In this document: one piece after another, positions 1 to 8,972 of the stretch
How positions within the stretch are numbered: the first letter of the stretch is position 1
Layout of the letters: each line of letters opens with the position of its first letter
Source of the DNA: Okeania sp.
Lineage (GTDB): Bacteria; Cyanobacteriota; Cyanobacteriia; Cyanobacteriales; Microcoleaceae
Length of the DNA stretch: 32,000 nt
Direction: 5' to 3'
Assembly (NCBI RefSeq): GCF_035285525.1
Contig: NZ_JAYKGW010000138.1
Location: forward strand, 13,894-45,893
The notes under the pieces: generated by a model
Told to the model about the DNA's origin: nothing
Database searches by the model: none
Seen by the model: the letters and a program-made list of their open reading frames with translations, nothing else
Made by a program: the position numbers and the translations under genes

Positions 1-205
1 AATTTAAAGTCATATAAAGTTAAGTTAGTATTGGTAAGTTATACAGTCAGGTTCTTTCACAGAATGTTAAGTTTTTAATTTACCCATTTTTTTTATTTAA
101 CTCTTGAGTATGACTTTATGTCATCAATAATTACTTTAAATTATATCCTACTTTAATTATTGATTAATAGAGAAATTAATGTATAATATTATCTGTCAAT
201 TATTT

Positions 206-370
206 GTAAGCATTCAGCTATTAGCAATAAGACCCTATGTTTAAGGATAAGTTTAAATAAAAAAAGACTTTAGAACTGACTTTTATAGTCAAGTTTTTCT
301 AGATCAATTTAATAAAGCTTTTATCGCTCACTATAAAGCAATAGGTGATGGATGACTGCTGAATGCTTAA
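206..370. mobile_element. MITE-like element, family A (termini GTAAGCATTCAGCTATTAGC ... GCTGAATGCTTAA)
   Basis: Terminal inverted repeats at 206-225 and 358-370 (12/13 complementary). The same termini bracket 17082-17350 and 22165-22355. No ORF inside. Confidence 0.55.
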
Positions 371-404
371 AATTATTTGATTGAAAATTATTTAAGATAA
401 AAAT

Positions 405-1817
405 ATGCAAACCAAAGACATAAATACCCAAAATAATCCCAAAATTCCAGCTAAAGATAGCAACTTTTTACAACAAAATTTCCATTTAAACTCTTTAGCA
501 AATAACTCTAATTTTGACTTTCAAAATCCACCAAAACAAGAATTAATTGACGCCTGCGTTCACTGTGGATTTTGTTTATCTACTTGTCCTAGTTATCGAG
601 TAATAGGGAAAGAAATGGATTCTCCCAGGGGTAGAATTTATGCTATGGATGCTATTAATAAAGGAGAAGCAGTTTTAAATCAAACAACTGCTGAACATTT
701 TGATACTTGCTTAGGTTGTCTTGCCTGTGTAACTATTTGCCCATCTACTGTTAAATATGATAAATTAATCGCTGCAACTCGTCCCCAAGTAGAACGAAAT
801 ACTCCCCGTTCATTACCTGATAAATTAATTCGTAATCTCATCTTTAATTTGTTTCCTTATCCCAATAGATTACGACCCTTAATTATCCCTCTATTCCTTT
901 ATCAAAAATTAGGAATTAATAAACTTATTCGTGGTAGTAAATTACTGGAAAAAATTTCTCCTAGATTAGCAGCAATGGAATCTATTTTGCCAGAAATTAC
1001 TGTTGATGCTTTCGAGAATAATTATCCGACAATTATTCCTGCTGAAGGAAAAAAACGTTATCGAGTTGGTTTAATATTAGGTTGTGTGCAAAGAATATTT
1101 TTCTCCCCCGTTAATATGGCAACAATTCGAGTTTTAACCGCCAATGGTTGTGAAGTTATTATTCCTAAAAGTCAAGGTTGTTGTGCTGCTTTGCCAGAAC
1201 ATCAAGGGCAAACTGAACAAGCTCATACTTTAGCCAAACAGATGATAGATAGTTTTGCTAATACTGGAGTTGATGCAGTTATTATTAATGCTGCTGGTTG
1301 CGGTCATACTTTGAAAGAATATGACAATATTCTTCAAGATGATTCTGAATATTCTGAGAAAGCAAAAGAATTTTCTGATAAGGTTAAAGATGTGCAAGAA
1401 TTTTTAGCAAATGTGGAATTAACAGCTAAACTTTATCCTTTAATTGAAGGTGAAGAATTGAATATAGTTTATCAAGATGCTTGCCATTTATTGCACGGTC
1501 AAAAAATTAGTTTGGAACCCAGAAAATTATTACAACAAATTCCTGGAGTGAAATTGCGCGAACCAATGGATGCAAGTTTGTGTTGTGGAAGTGCTGGAGT
1601 TTATAATATGTTGCAACCAGAAATAGCTGATGAGTTAGGGCAACAAAAAGCCGAAAACTTATTAAATACAGGTGCAGAATTAATTGCTTCCGCTAATCCT
1701 GGATGTTCTTTACAAATTAAAAAGCATTTAGAGTTGCAAGGTAAAAAAATGACTTTAATGCACCCAATAGAATTATTAGATTACTCTATTCGTGGAGTGA
1801 AATTACAGAGAAAATAG
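405..1817 (+). CDS. glcF: Glycolate oxidase/dehydrogenase iron-sulfur subunit GlcF-like (Fe-S)-binding oxidoreductase
   Basis: 470-aa ORF with an ATG start. Two ferredoxin-type 4Fe-4S cysteine clusters (CVHCGFCLSTCP, CLGCLACVTICP) are followed by two cysteine-rich CCG-type regions (QGCCAALPE; LCCGSAGVY; NPGCSLQ). This is the GlcF/HdrD-like architecture. The N-terminal ~45 aa are N/Q-rich and unconserved-looking. Confidence 0.8.
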   Translation: MQTKDINTQNNPKIPAKDSNFLQQNFHLNSLANNSNFDFQNPPKQELIDACVHCGFCLSTCPSYRVIGKEMDSPRGRIYAMDAINKGEAVLNQTTAEHFDTCLGCLACVTICPSTVKYDKLIAATRPQVERNTPRSLPDKLIRNLIFNLFPYPNRLRPLIIPLFLYQKLGINKLIRGSKLLEKISPRLAAMESILPEITVDAFENNYPTIIPAEGKKRYRVGLILGCVQRIFFSPVNMATIRVLTANGCEVIIPKSQGCCAALPEHQGQTEQAHTLAKQMIDSFANTGVDAVIINAAGCGHTLKEYDNILQDDSEYSEKAKEFSDKVKDVQEFLANVELTAKLYPLIEGEELNIVYQDACHLLHGQKISLEPRKLLQQIPGVKLREPMDASLCCGSAGVYNMLQPEIADELGQQKAENLLNTGAELIASANPGCSLQIKKHLELQGKKMTLMHPIELLDYSIRGVKLQRK

Positions 1818-1939
1818 TAGATGCTAATTTAGTCTGATTAGGGTTTGCTTATGAAAGTCTGTCAGTTAAAGAAGGGAACAGTTTAGACTATATGTCTACG
1901 ACTAAATTTTCTGATAGTCAAGATTAAAACTTTACCATC

Positions 1940-2054
1940 AGGACTTACGCATAATCAACCAGTTTTGGTCATTTGAGATTGCTATCCTGACGGACTGCTT
2001 CGCAAATGCACCTCGCGAGTAATGACAGAAATACGTTGGGCGTGCGTAAATCCT
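1940..2054. mobile_element. MITE-like element, family B (AGGACTTACGCA ... TGCGTAAATCCT)
   Basis: 12-nt terminal inverted repeat (11/12 complementary). The internal sequence (TTTGAGATTGCT...GAAATACGTTG) is shared with the copy at 4444-4536. Confidence 0.55.
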
Positions 2055-2259
2055 AACCATTTTGAAGCTATAACAGCTAAAAACCAAGAATTTTTTTTGA
2101 AATCAAAAGGCTAAAACCTATATTTGTCAATACTTTGAAATTGAATCAGCAAACCCTAATTAACGATCACGAAAGTGATTGCCTTGTTTTTTCCGAATCA
2201 AAAAAAGTAGCGTATATTATCAAGTCTAATACCAGTTTATGTACAGCAGATTTTGGGCA

Positions 2260-2312
2260 AATGATTTACAGAGTAAATGGTGAAAACAGTGTATTGCCGG
2301 CATCTTGCCTCC
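2260..2312 (+). repeat. Dispersed repeat family C (AATGATTTACAG..TAAATGGT.AAAACATTGTAGTGCGGGCATCTTGCCCGC hairpin repeat), degenerate copy
   Basis: Aligns by eye with 3101-3156, 4392-4433 and 15477-15534. It accounts for most of the apparent ORF 2135..2374. Confidence 0.6.
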
Positions 2313-2381
2313 AAGAGTCTAACTCATGGGCAACAGAAAGTGCTGTAAATATAGCGATCGCTCTTTTTTTTTAGATAAACT

Positions 2382-3014
2382 TTATTGATTTAAACGTTTG
2401 AGAGAAAAACCACTCATACCCAAGATTGCAAATAAACCTAAAACTGTAGAAGATTCAGGAACAGGTTCCGGATCGAGAATATTTGCAACTGCTACAGACC
2501 TGCGACGAGATTGTCTTTCAAAAGTTCCTGTACCAAAAGTACCATTGCTTAATGTTACATCAAAAGTAACGCCTGCAAGACCAAAATCACCACCAGGATC
2601 AAAAAAACCAGGACCAACATTGTTTGTATTCATTCCAAACATTAATGTCTCCCCTGTAGTAAATGCTCCATCTGCAAAATCAAGTGTTAATAGCTGTTGT
2701 CCATCAAGGGAGTAACTAAACTCAGCATCAGTAACATCACTATTGTTACCAACTTGAGGAGCTCTCCTTGGACGGCTAAAGTTAAATGAAGCATCTGGAT
2801 CTGCTGATAAATCTAGAATCAATTGATCAATATATACGTTTTCAGGACCTTCTTCAAAGATAACCCGAAAAAAGTTGTCTCTACGAGCTGCATTACTTCC
2901 AGAGTCTCCTCCTATAGTCTTAAATTTAATTGTTGCAGCTTCTGCTATTCCTGCGAATAAAGCAACACTAGCAGTTACAACCACAGTTATCAGTGATTTT
3001 TTTGCTATTTTCAT
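2382..3014 (-). CDS. PEP-CTERM sorting-domain secreted protein
   Basis: Signal peptide MKIAKKSLITVVVTASVALFAGIAEA. The C-terminus DPEPVPESSTVLGLFAILGMSGFSLKRLNQ has the PEP motif, a hydrophobic helix and a basic tail. AGGAG lies ~9 nt upstream of the ATG at 3014. The ORF-track start at 3071 would add 19 aa ahead of the signal peptide and is less likely. Confidence 0.8.
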   Translation of the reverse strand: MKIAKKSLITVVVTASVALFAGIAEAATIKFKTIGGDSGSNAARRDNFFRVIFEEGPENVYIDQLILDLSADPDASFNFSRPRRAPQVGNNSDVTDAEFSYSLDGQQLLTLDFADGAFTTGETLMFGMNTNNVGPGFFDPGGDFGLAGVTFDVTLSNGTFGTGTFERQSRRRSVAVANILDPEPVPESSTVLGLFAILGMSGFSLKRLNQ

Positions 3015-3100
3015 CGAAGTATTTCTCCTAATTTTGGCGTTTGGTAGATGAGTGATACTGTTGATCAACATTAGAAAGTTAATACAACAGATTTCGAGTC

Positions 3101-3156
3101 AATGATTTACAGGATAAATACTTAAAACATTGTAGTGCGGGCAATATGCTCGCAAT
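3101..3156 (+). repeat. Dispersed repeat family C copy
   Basis: AATGATTTACAGGATAAATACTTAAAACATTGTAGTGCGGGCAATATGCTCGC aligns with the other family C copies. Confidence 0.6.
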
Positions 3157-3891
3157 CAACCTCAAGGACAACAAAAAGTGCTGTCAAATCCTTGGAAAAT
3201 GCTGTATGCAGCTTTTCCTAACTTACGAAATCTAGGGAATTCTGAAAATAACCTTTTCTGCCGATTTTCGTAGAAAGTTACACACCCCCGTACAAATGTA
3301 CTATGCTTTCAAGGGAAAGCTTGTATAGCAATGCTTTCAACCACCCTAACTATTGTGTCCATAATAGCCACAAAAAATATGTTTTGACTTATGAATAGCC
3401 ATCGTCATATAACACTATAGTACATAGCAAGAATAGCTCATAACGCTCCACTGGTAAGCCTCATAGCTATTTTCCCTAGTAACGGGTAGTTAAAAATAGT
3501 CTATAATTACCTCTGGATAGTCTTATACGAGTTTTTCCTTAGAAGAGAAGTTCAGATAGATGACTTTTAGATAAACCCTTTATGTAAATCCACTTATTAT
3601 TATTACAGAAATTCAATGGGTTTGTCTAGAGGATCTAGGTCAACTTTACCGAATCTTCATAAACCTCAGAAAAGGGGTTATTTTTCTCTCCCTTCTAGTA
3701 GTCATGTCCACAGTATATGAAATACAGTTATTGTTATGATCTTTTATACCTCTAACTTCCCTCTTCACCAAAGCCAAGAAATTATCTATCTGATATCAAA
3801 TTCGGTTGAACAGTTATTATATAGTTGGAGAGGATGTGGGAGGGGGAATGGGGAGTATGGGAAGTGTGGGTATAAGTCATAATGAAATCAT

Positions 3892-4004
3892 TAGACATCT
3901 CCAAAAATCCCAAATCAAATCAATTATCGTACAGAAATTTATCAATTCTTTCTGACTATTGCCCATTGCCTATTGCCCCCAGACCTCTTTTCTGGTGATG
4001 TCTA
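3892..4004. mobile_element. MITE-like element, family D (TAGACATCTCCA ... TGGTGATGTCTA), inverted relative to the copy at 17356-17466
   Basis: 12-nt terminal inverted repeat (11/12). The reverse complement of the interior aligns with the interior of 17356-17466 (GAAAAGAG..., AATAGG.AATGGG.AATA, ATTTCTGT..GATA..GATTT). Confidence 0.6.
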
Positions 4005-4119
4005 TATTGTGAGAAAAAAGTGTAGGGGTTTTGTCTCCAAATCAAAGCGCCAAGAGACTTAGAAACCAAACCCCGCATTTATAAATCTTACAACCTATTT
4101 AGGATTACTATATCAATCA

Positions 4120-4199
4120 CGACTTACGCAGAAACCGGGTTTCTTGACAGAAATTTCATGGCAATAAACCCGGTTTCTTGGTTGCTTTGCGTAAATCCT
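4120..4199. mobile_element. MITE-like element, family B short form carrying two AGAAACCNGGTTTCT-type cores
   Basis: GACTTACGCA at 4121-4130 and TGCGTAAATCCT at 4189-4199 as inverted termini. Internal AGAAACCGGGTTTCT (4130-4144) and AAACCCGGTTTCT (4166-4178). Confidence 0.55.
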
Positions 4200-4391
4200 G
4201 ATCTATGATTACAGCAGTTTCGGAGACGCGTGAGGTACAAAATTTTATTTTCTGTTTAGTAATTCTGGTAACACAACTTTCCAGGTTGTTACAGCAAACG
4301 AAGGCTTTGTTACAAAAATATTTAAGTGTACCTCACCATCCTCATGCATTGCTGTAATTACAGGATATTTAGGACAAAAGAGGTAAAAGAT

Positions 4392-4433
4392 AAATGATGA
4401 AAGTATTGTAGTCCGGGCATCTTGCCCGCAATG
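4392..4433 (+). repeat. Dispersed repeat family C copy (intact GCGGGC-ATCTT-GCCCGC hairpin)
   Basis: AAATGATGAAAGTATTGTAGTCCGGGCATCTTGCCCGCAATGG. Confidence 0.6.
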
Positions 4434-4443
4434 GATGTACCTC

Positions 4444-4536
4444 TAGGACTAAAGCCATGAGGTACGAAAAACAGGGGTTTGAGATTGCTTCCTGTTGTCG
4501 TATCGGACGAAAATACGTTGCAGTTGCGTAAGTCCT
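4444..4536. mobile_element. MITE-like element, family B (degenerate left end AGGACTAAAGC, right end TGCGTAAGTCCT)
   Basis: Right terminus at 4525-4536. The interior shares TTTGAGATTGCT and GAAAATACGTTG with 1940-2054. It lies ~50 nt downstream of the ppc stop codon. Confidence 0.5.
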
Positions 4537-4588
4537 GACCTAATAACCACAAAAAGCGTTGTATCAATTATCCATTATCAATTATTCA

Positions 4589-7500
4589 TCAACCTGTATT
4601 CCGCATACCAGCAGCAATACCATTGAGAGTTAACAACGCACCACGCAATAGCTCACTCTTACTATAACGAGAATGAATTACACCAGGCGTACCCATATCT
4701 TGCTCGCGCAAGCGTTTCAGTAAAGCTACCTGCAACATACCCAGAGGAATAATAGTTCCATTTCTTAACTGCACAGAACGCTGTAGATTAGGATATTCAT
4801 CTAAAGGTCGCTGATGACCAGAAATTTGTAACACTAAATCCCGTGTTAAACGATATTCAGTAGCAATTTGCTCAAACAACTGCTCAAACCTTTCTAAATC
4901 TTCTGGTTTAGATAATTCCCGCACATAATAATGAGCAATTTCCAAATCCACTTTTGCTAAAGTCATCTCTACCTTAGAAATCACAGTACCGAAGAAAGGC
5001 CACTTAATATAAAAGTATTGCAAAAGTTTCAGATGTTCTTCTGGCTTTTGTTCCACAAACTCTTGTAAAGCAGTTCCCACTCCATACCAAGCAGGCAAAA
5101 GGAAGCGACTTTGAGTCCAGCTAAACACCCAAGGAATTGCTCGTAAACCAGAAATTGTCTTCTTTTTATCATTCTTTCGCCGAGCTGGACGGGAACTAAT
5201 TTGCAGTTGACTAATTTCCTTAACTGGTGTAACTTGATAGAAAAATTCGACTAAATCTTCTTGTTCATAAATAAGATGTCGATAATGGCTACGCGATCGC
5301 ACTGCCAACTCTTCCATTATGTCATTCCATTCTGGAATTTCATCAAACCCTGTATGGAGTAAACTAGCTTGAATTACTGCAGTAGTAACATTTTCTAAGT
5401 TAAACATTGCTAACTGAGGCAGAGAATATTTAGAAGCAAGTACCTCGCCTTGTTCCGTAATTTTAATTCGCCCACTAATACTTTTACCCGGTTGAGCTAA
5501 AATAGCTTTATAAGCAGGACCGCCACCGCGTCCTACAGAACCACCACGACCATGAAATATCCGTAAAGCAATGCCATACTGCATACCTATTTTATGTAAA
5601 GCTTTTTGAGCTTTATGAATTTCCCAGTTACTACTCAAGAAACCAGAATCTTTATTACTGTCTGAATAACCCAACATTACCTCTTGCAGATAAGGAGTTT
5701 CTAATTCTGATTTCAATGCTGGGTTCGACTCTTCTGGCAATTTATCGTATCCACCAGCAAGCGCTGCTCGATATAGAGGCAACTTAAATAAATCATCCAT
5801 TACCCTGGGAGCATTTCTCAAATCTTCTACTGTCTCAAACAGAGGAACTACCAAAAGATCACTTGCACCAGTTGCGGGATCGTAAAGTCCTGCTTCTTGA
5901 GCTAATAACAAGACTTCCAACATATCGCTGACATCACGACTCATACTGATAATGTAGGTTTGGCAAATTTCTTTACCAAACTCTATTTGCAGTTGTCGCA
6001 GCATTCGGAAAGTGTCAATAATTTCACCGGTTCTCTCAGAAAAATGTAACTCTGTAGGAATTAGGGGGCGACGGGTAAGTAACTCTTTTGACAACCACTC
6101 AACACGCTCTGCTTCCGACATTTCCATATAAGATTTAGGCAAAATTTCTAAGTATTCAGTCACTTCCTGAATTACAGCCTCATGTACAGAAGATTCCTGA
6201 CGAATATCAAGTCGCGCTAAAGTAAAACCAAAGATTTCTACCTGACAAATAATATTTTCTAATTCACTACAGTTTAAACCAGTTTCTTTCAGGTTGCGCT
6301 CAATGAGTTGCAACTCTGCTAGAAAGTCTGCAGCAGTATAATAAACATCTGCTTTTTCTCTACCTTTCGATAGAAGTTCTTTTTCTCTTTGAAATTGATC
6401 GCCATTATATAAACGCCAGTTGCGATCACGAGTATTTTCTAGACGTTTTTGCACATAAGACAACTTCAACCGATAAGGTTCTTGACGATAGCGAATTGCC
6501 CATTGGTCATATACTTCTGACATTTGTAGATGGTCGCGGTCTAAAGAGTCCAGCAATTCTGGTAATATATCACTCCAATGCAAAGACAAACTCAAAAGTT
6601 CTTTGAGGCGATCAACAGCATCAATATATTTATCTAATGCCATCTGACGTTGATAGCAAGCAGTTTCCCAAGTAACCTGTGGGGTGCAAAAAGGGTTGCC
6701 ATCACGATCAGCTCCCACCCAGGAACCAAACTTACAAAAATTGTTACTTGGTGGTTTTAGATAAGGGAAAGAATTATGTAACGCTTGCTTAAACCTACGA
6801 TATAGGTGAGGAGTAGCATCAAACAAAACTTCATTAAAATAATGAAGAGTAGTTTCTACCTCATCTAGTACCGTAGGTTTAAATTGGTGTAGTTCATCTG
6901 TCCGCCACCACAAAAGAATTTCTTCTGTTAATTGTTTTTTGAGAGACTCTATTTCCCAAGATGGAATCAAGTTCTTCTCTTCTTTTCCATTTACCTCTGG
7001 TTTCTCAAAGCTTTCATCTACCATATCTAGCTCCTGGAGAATTTTGGCAATACGTCGCTGTTTAGTTCTAATTGTCCGACGTACAATTTCTGTAGGGTGC
7101 GCTGTAAAAACCAAACGGATGTCTAAGTTATCAATTAATCTTTGAATTAACTGAGCTGGTACATTGAGAGTTTCTAGCAGAGGAAATAGGTAATGAAATG
7201 TACCCTCTCCTTCTGGTTGAGTTCTATTATCATTCCATATAGGTATACTTCCAACTGCCAACTCACAGGTCTCACCATTCTTAACTACATCGTTTTTATA
7301 GATTAGTTTTCGTGAATTTTTGTTGTGAGAGTAAGCTAGTTCTTGACTTCTTTGTTCATAATGTTGTTCTACAATATTGATTAGCTGAAAATATAGAGCA
7401 AAAGCTCTGGCAGCTCGAATTGCATCTTGGAGTTCTAGTTTTCTAATTAATTGTTCAATTTCTGAACCAATAAATTCCGAAGCTTGTCCTTCTGGAGAAT

Positions 7501-7672
7501 GAATGGAGCGCATTTTCTGAAGTACATCTACCAACTCTTGGCCACATTCTTGCTTGAGCACTGACTCCCACAAATCTTCAACTACTTTGATTCTATGACG
7601 TAAAAATTGATCCGAAATTGTCATTTCGGCATTTTTGAACCCTGATTCTAACATTGTCTGTTTTGTATTCAT
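4589..7672 (-). CDS. ppc: Phosphoenolpyruvate carboxylase
   Basis: 1027-aa ORF with the hallmark PEPC motifs [18 protein letters not shown] and [14 protein letters not shown], and the conserved C-terminus [12 protein letters not shown]. Confidence 0.97.
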   Translation of the reverse strand: MNTKQTMLESGFKNAEMTISDQFLRHRIKVVEDLWESVLKQECGQELVDVLQKMRSIHSPEGQASEFIGSEIEQLIRKLELQDAIRAARAFALYFQLINIVEQHYEQRSQELAYSHNKNSRKLIYKNDVVKNGETCELAVGSIPIWNDNRTQPEGEGTFHYLFPLLETLNVPAQLIQRLIDNLDIRLVFTAHPTEIVRRTIRTKQRRIAKILQELDMVDESFEKPEVNGKEEKNLIPSWEIESLKKQLTEEILLWWRTDELHQFKPTVLDEVETTLHYFNEVLFDATPHLYRRFKQALHNSFPYLKPPSNNFCKFGSWVGADRDGNPFCTPQVTWETACYQRQMALDKYIDAVDRLKELLSLSLHWSDILPELLDSLDRDHLQMSEVYDQWAIRYRQEPYRLKLSYVQKRLENTRDRNWRLYNGDQFQREKELLSKGREKADVYYTAADFLAELQLIERNLKETGLNCSELENIICQVEIFGFTLARLDIRQESSVHEAVIQEVTEYLEILPKSYMEMSEAERVEWLSKELLTRRPLIPTELHFSERTGEIIDTFRMLRQLQIEFGKEICQTYIISMSRDVSDMLEVLLLAQEAGLYDPATGASDLLVVPLFETVEDLRNAPRVMDDLFKLPLYRAALAGGYDKLPEESNPALKSELETPYLQEVMLGYSDSNKDSGFLSSNWEIHKAQKALHKIGMQYGIALRIFHGRGGSVGRGGGPAYKAILAQPGKSISGRIKITEQGEVLASKYSLPQLAMFNLENVTTAVIQASLLHTGFDEIPEWNDIMEELAVRSRSHYRHLIYEQEDLVEFFYQVTPVKEISQLQISSRPARRKNDKKKTISGLRAIPWVFSWTQSRFLLPAWYGVGTALQEFVEQKPEEHLKLLQYFYIKWPFFGTVISKVEMTLAKVDLEIAHYYVRELSKPEDLERFEQLFEQIATEYRLTRDLVLQISGHQRPLDEYPNLQRSVQLRNGTIIPLGMLQVALLKRLREQDMGTPGVIHSRYSKSELLRGALLTLNGIAAGMRNTG

Positions 7673-8178
7673 ATTATCTGTTCCCGTATAACTGATAACA
7701 TCAAAAATAAATGTAATTTTTGATACTGTTTTTGTTTAAATAAATGCTGCTTTTCTTAACCCCCCTTTCAAAGCTATCCCTTATAAACACTTCTGAAACC
7801 CTGTTGATGGGGGTGGGGAGATGGGGAGGTGGGGGGAGAAAAGCCTCTAGTTAAATACTTTTACTCTCCCGCAATAACCATTAAATGGCAAGCTCATAAC
7901 TTCTCTATAATGTCTAAGTTTTATGTTAAGAAAGATGTTTATAAAGCATAGAGGGAGAAGGGTTAAATTTGATACAGTCCTACATAGTAATGGTACACAA
8001 GAAAAAAGAATGTCGAAAACAGGGGCAAGATGCTCCCAAAACCGGGGCAAGATACTCCCACTGTTCTCGTCACAAAAATTATGACAATGTACGAGTATTA
8101 CAATGCACTACCACTAGTTTTTTTGTACTGTTCAAAAATTTACCACATCACCTTAGAAATAGGAGGAGTTTTGGCTAA

Positions 8179-8410
8179 AGAAACCCGGCTTCTGGGTTCT
8201 AGTCTACAAGAAACCCGATTTCTACAAGAAACCTGGTTTCTGAGTTCTAGTCTATAAAGAAACCCGGTTTCTACAAGAAACCGGGTTTCTGAGTTCTAAT
8301 TTACAAGAAACCTGGTTTCTGAGTTCTAGTCTACAAGAAACCAGGTTTCTGGGTGGGGCGGAAATAGTAGAAACCGGGTTTCTGGGTGGGGCGGGTTTCT
8401 GGGTTCTAGG
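8179..8410. repeat. Tandem array of eight palindromic AGAAACCNGGTTTCT cores (plus one half-site) in alternating ~18 and ~30 bp units
   Basis: Cores at 8179-8193, 8209-8223, 8227-8241, 8258-8272, 8276-8290, 8306-8320, 8336-8350 and 8369-8383. The long units carry the spacer G(A/G)GTTCTA(G/A)T(C/T)TACA. The last two units carry GGGTGGGGCGG. Confidence 0.9.
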
Positions 8411-8419
8411 AAGAGGCAA

Positions 8420-8668
8420 TTATTCATTATCTAATGAAGACTTATCAGATGAATTTTGGGGAAAATTCAGCATTGGTAGGCGATCGCCCCGAAATATTTC
8501 TTCACTGTATAGTCCAATTTCTAATAATGACTCATTAACAGCTTTATTAGCCAACAGACCCAATAAAACCGGACCAGTGGCCAAACTCAGGACAATATCT
8601 GAATCAATTTTCCAACTAGGAGTGGTAAATGTAGGATTTTCAGGGGAATTTTCTCGAAAAGATTGCAT
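8420..8668 (-). CDS. Hypothetical small protein (82 aa) with one hydrophobic segment
   Basis: ATG-initiated ORF outside the repeat arrays, with non-repetitive protein-like composition (LATGPVLLGLLANKAVNESLLEIGLYSEEIFRGDRLP). I recognise no domain, and the Shine-Dalgarno sequence (AAGG) is weak. Confidence 0.45.
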   Translation of the reverse strand: MQSFRENSPENPTFTTPSWKIDSDIVLSLATGPVLLGLLANKAVNESLLEIGLYSEEIFRGDRLPMLNFPQNSSDKSSLDNE

Positions 8669-8693
8669 TTGTATTACCTTATTTTTTTGATAC

Positions 8694-8790
8694 AGGACTT
8701 ACGCAGCAGAACCCAGAAACCCAGTTTCTCCTAAATGTTTCTTGCTCAAAACAATGATTTAGCCTAGAAACTGGGTTTCTTTGCGAAACA
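8694..8790. mobile_element. MITE-like element, family B variant with two AGAAAC..GTTTCT cores and a degenerate right end
   Basis: AGGACTTACGCA at 8694-8705. Cores AGAAACCCAGTTTCT (8715-8729) and AGAAACTGGGTTTCT (8766-8780). Ends in TTTGCGAAAC. Confidence 0.5.
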
Positions 8791-8972
8791 ATTTTTTTAG
8801 CAAGTAATGCTAATTTGTATATATTTTATAGTATAATTATGGCTCTATTATTTTTAATAATATGCCACTGATTTAAGCAAAAGGTTTTCTTGATCTCTAT
8901 GGGTACGCTACATTCCCAAATACCAATGATATAGTTAAGCCAGTCAAGGGAGTCTCCCAAACTAACGAGAAT

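Noticed and set aside
2135-2374. 79-aa TTG-initiated ORF
   Set aside because: About a fifth of it is a copy of dispersed repeat family C, including the decayed hairpin. It has a non-ATG start, no SD sequence and no recognisable motif. It is probably non-coding.
2466-2471. TCCGGA (DIF-like heterocyst promoter motif), plus a quick scan for patS-like RGSGR peptide ORFs
   Set aside because: The hexamer lies inside the PEP-CTERM coding region, not in a promoter. I found no small ORF encoding an RGSGR-type pentapeptide.
2398-2715. 105-aa plus-strand ORF
   Set aside because: It lies entirely antisense to the well-supported PEP-CTERM gene, and its product is P/K/S-rich low-complexity sequence.
4358-4567. 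69-aa minus-strand ORF downstream of ppc
   Set aside because: It is composed almost entirely of family B and family C repeat sequence.
6939-7145. Small ORFs nested antisense to or overlapping large genes (6939..7145 +, 8897..9082 -, 8989..9288 -, 10491..10679 -, 14643..14840 -, 14953..15150 -, 30115..30303 +)
   Set aside because: Each lies entirely or largely within (8897..9082 only overlaps the 5' end of) a much longer, motif-supported CDS on the other strand or in another frame, and has no recognisable motifs. In AT-rich DNA such ORFs arise by chance.
7713-7726. NtcA-type site GTA-N8-TAC (GTAATTTTTGATAC) 41-54 nt upstream of the ppc start codon
   Set aside because: The motif is short and expected by chance several times in 32 kb of AT-rich DNA. 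I found no properly spaced TAN3T -10 box, and the site is too close to the ATG for a normal NtcA-activated promoter with a 5' UTR. It would need TSS mapping or ChIP data.
7847-8257. Three overlapping 67-75 aa ORFs (7847..8050 -, 7969..8178 +, 8030..8257 +)
   Set aside because: They run through inverted family C fragments and the AGAAACCNGGTTTCT array, giving translations such as ETRLLGSSLQETRFLQETWFL that mirror the DNA repeat. They are mutually overlapping and have no supporting signals.
8179-8410. CRISPR array hypothesis for the palindromic core array (and for 12155-12510)
   Set aside because: In the first array the repeats are only 15 nt and the spacers are 3-18 nt and themselves repeated. 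In the second array the inter-hairpin segments are identical between units. No cas genes and no unique spacers are present.
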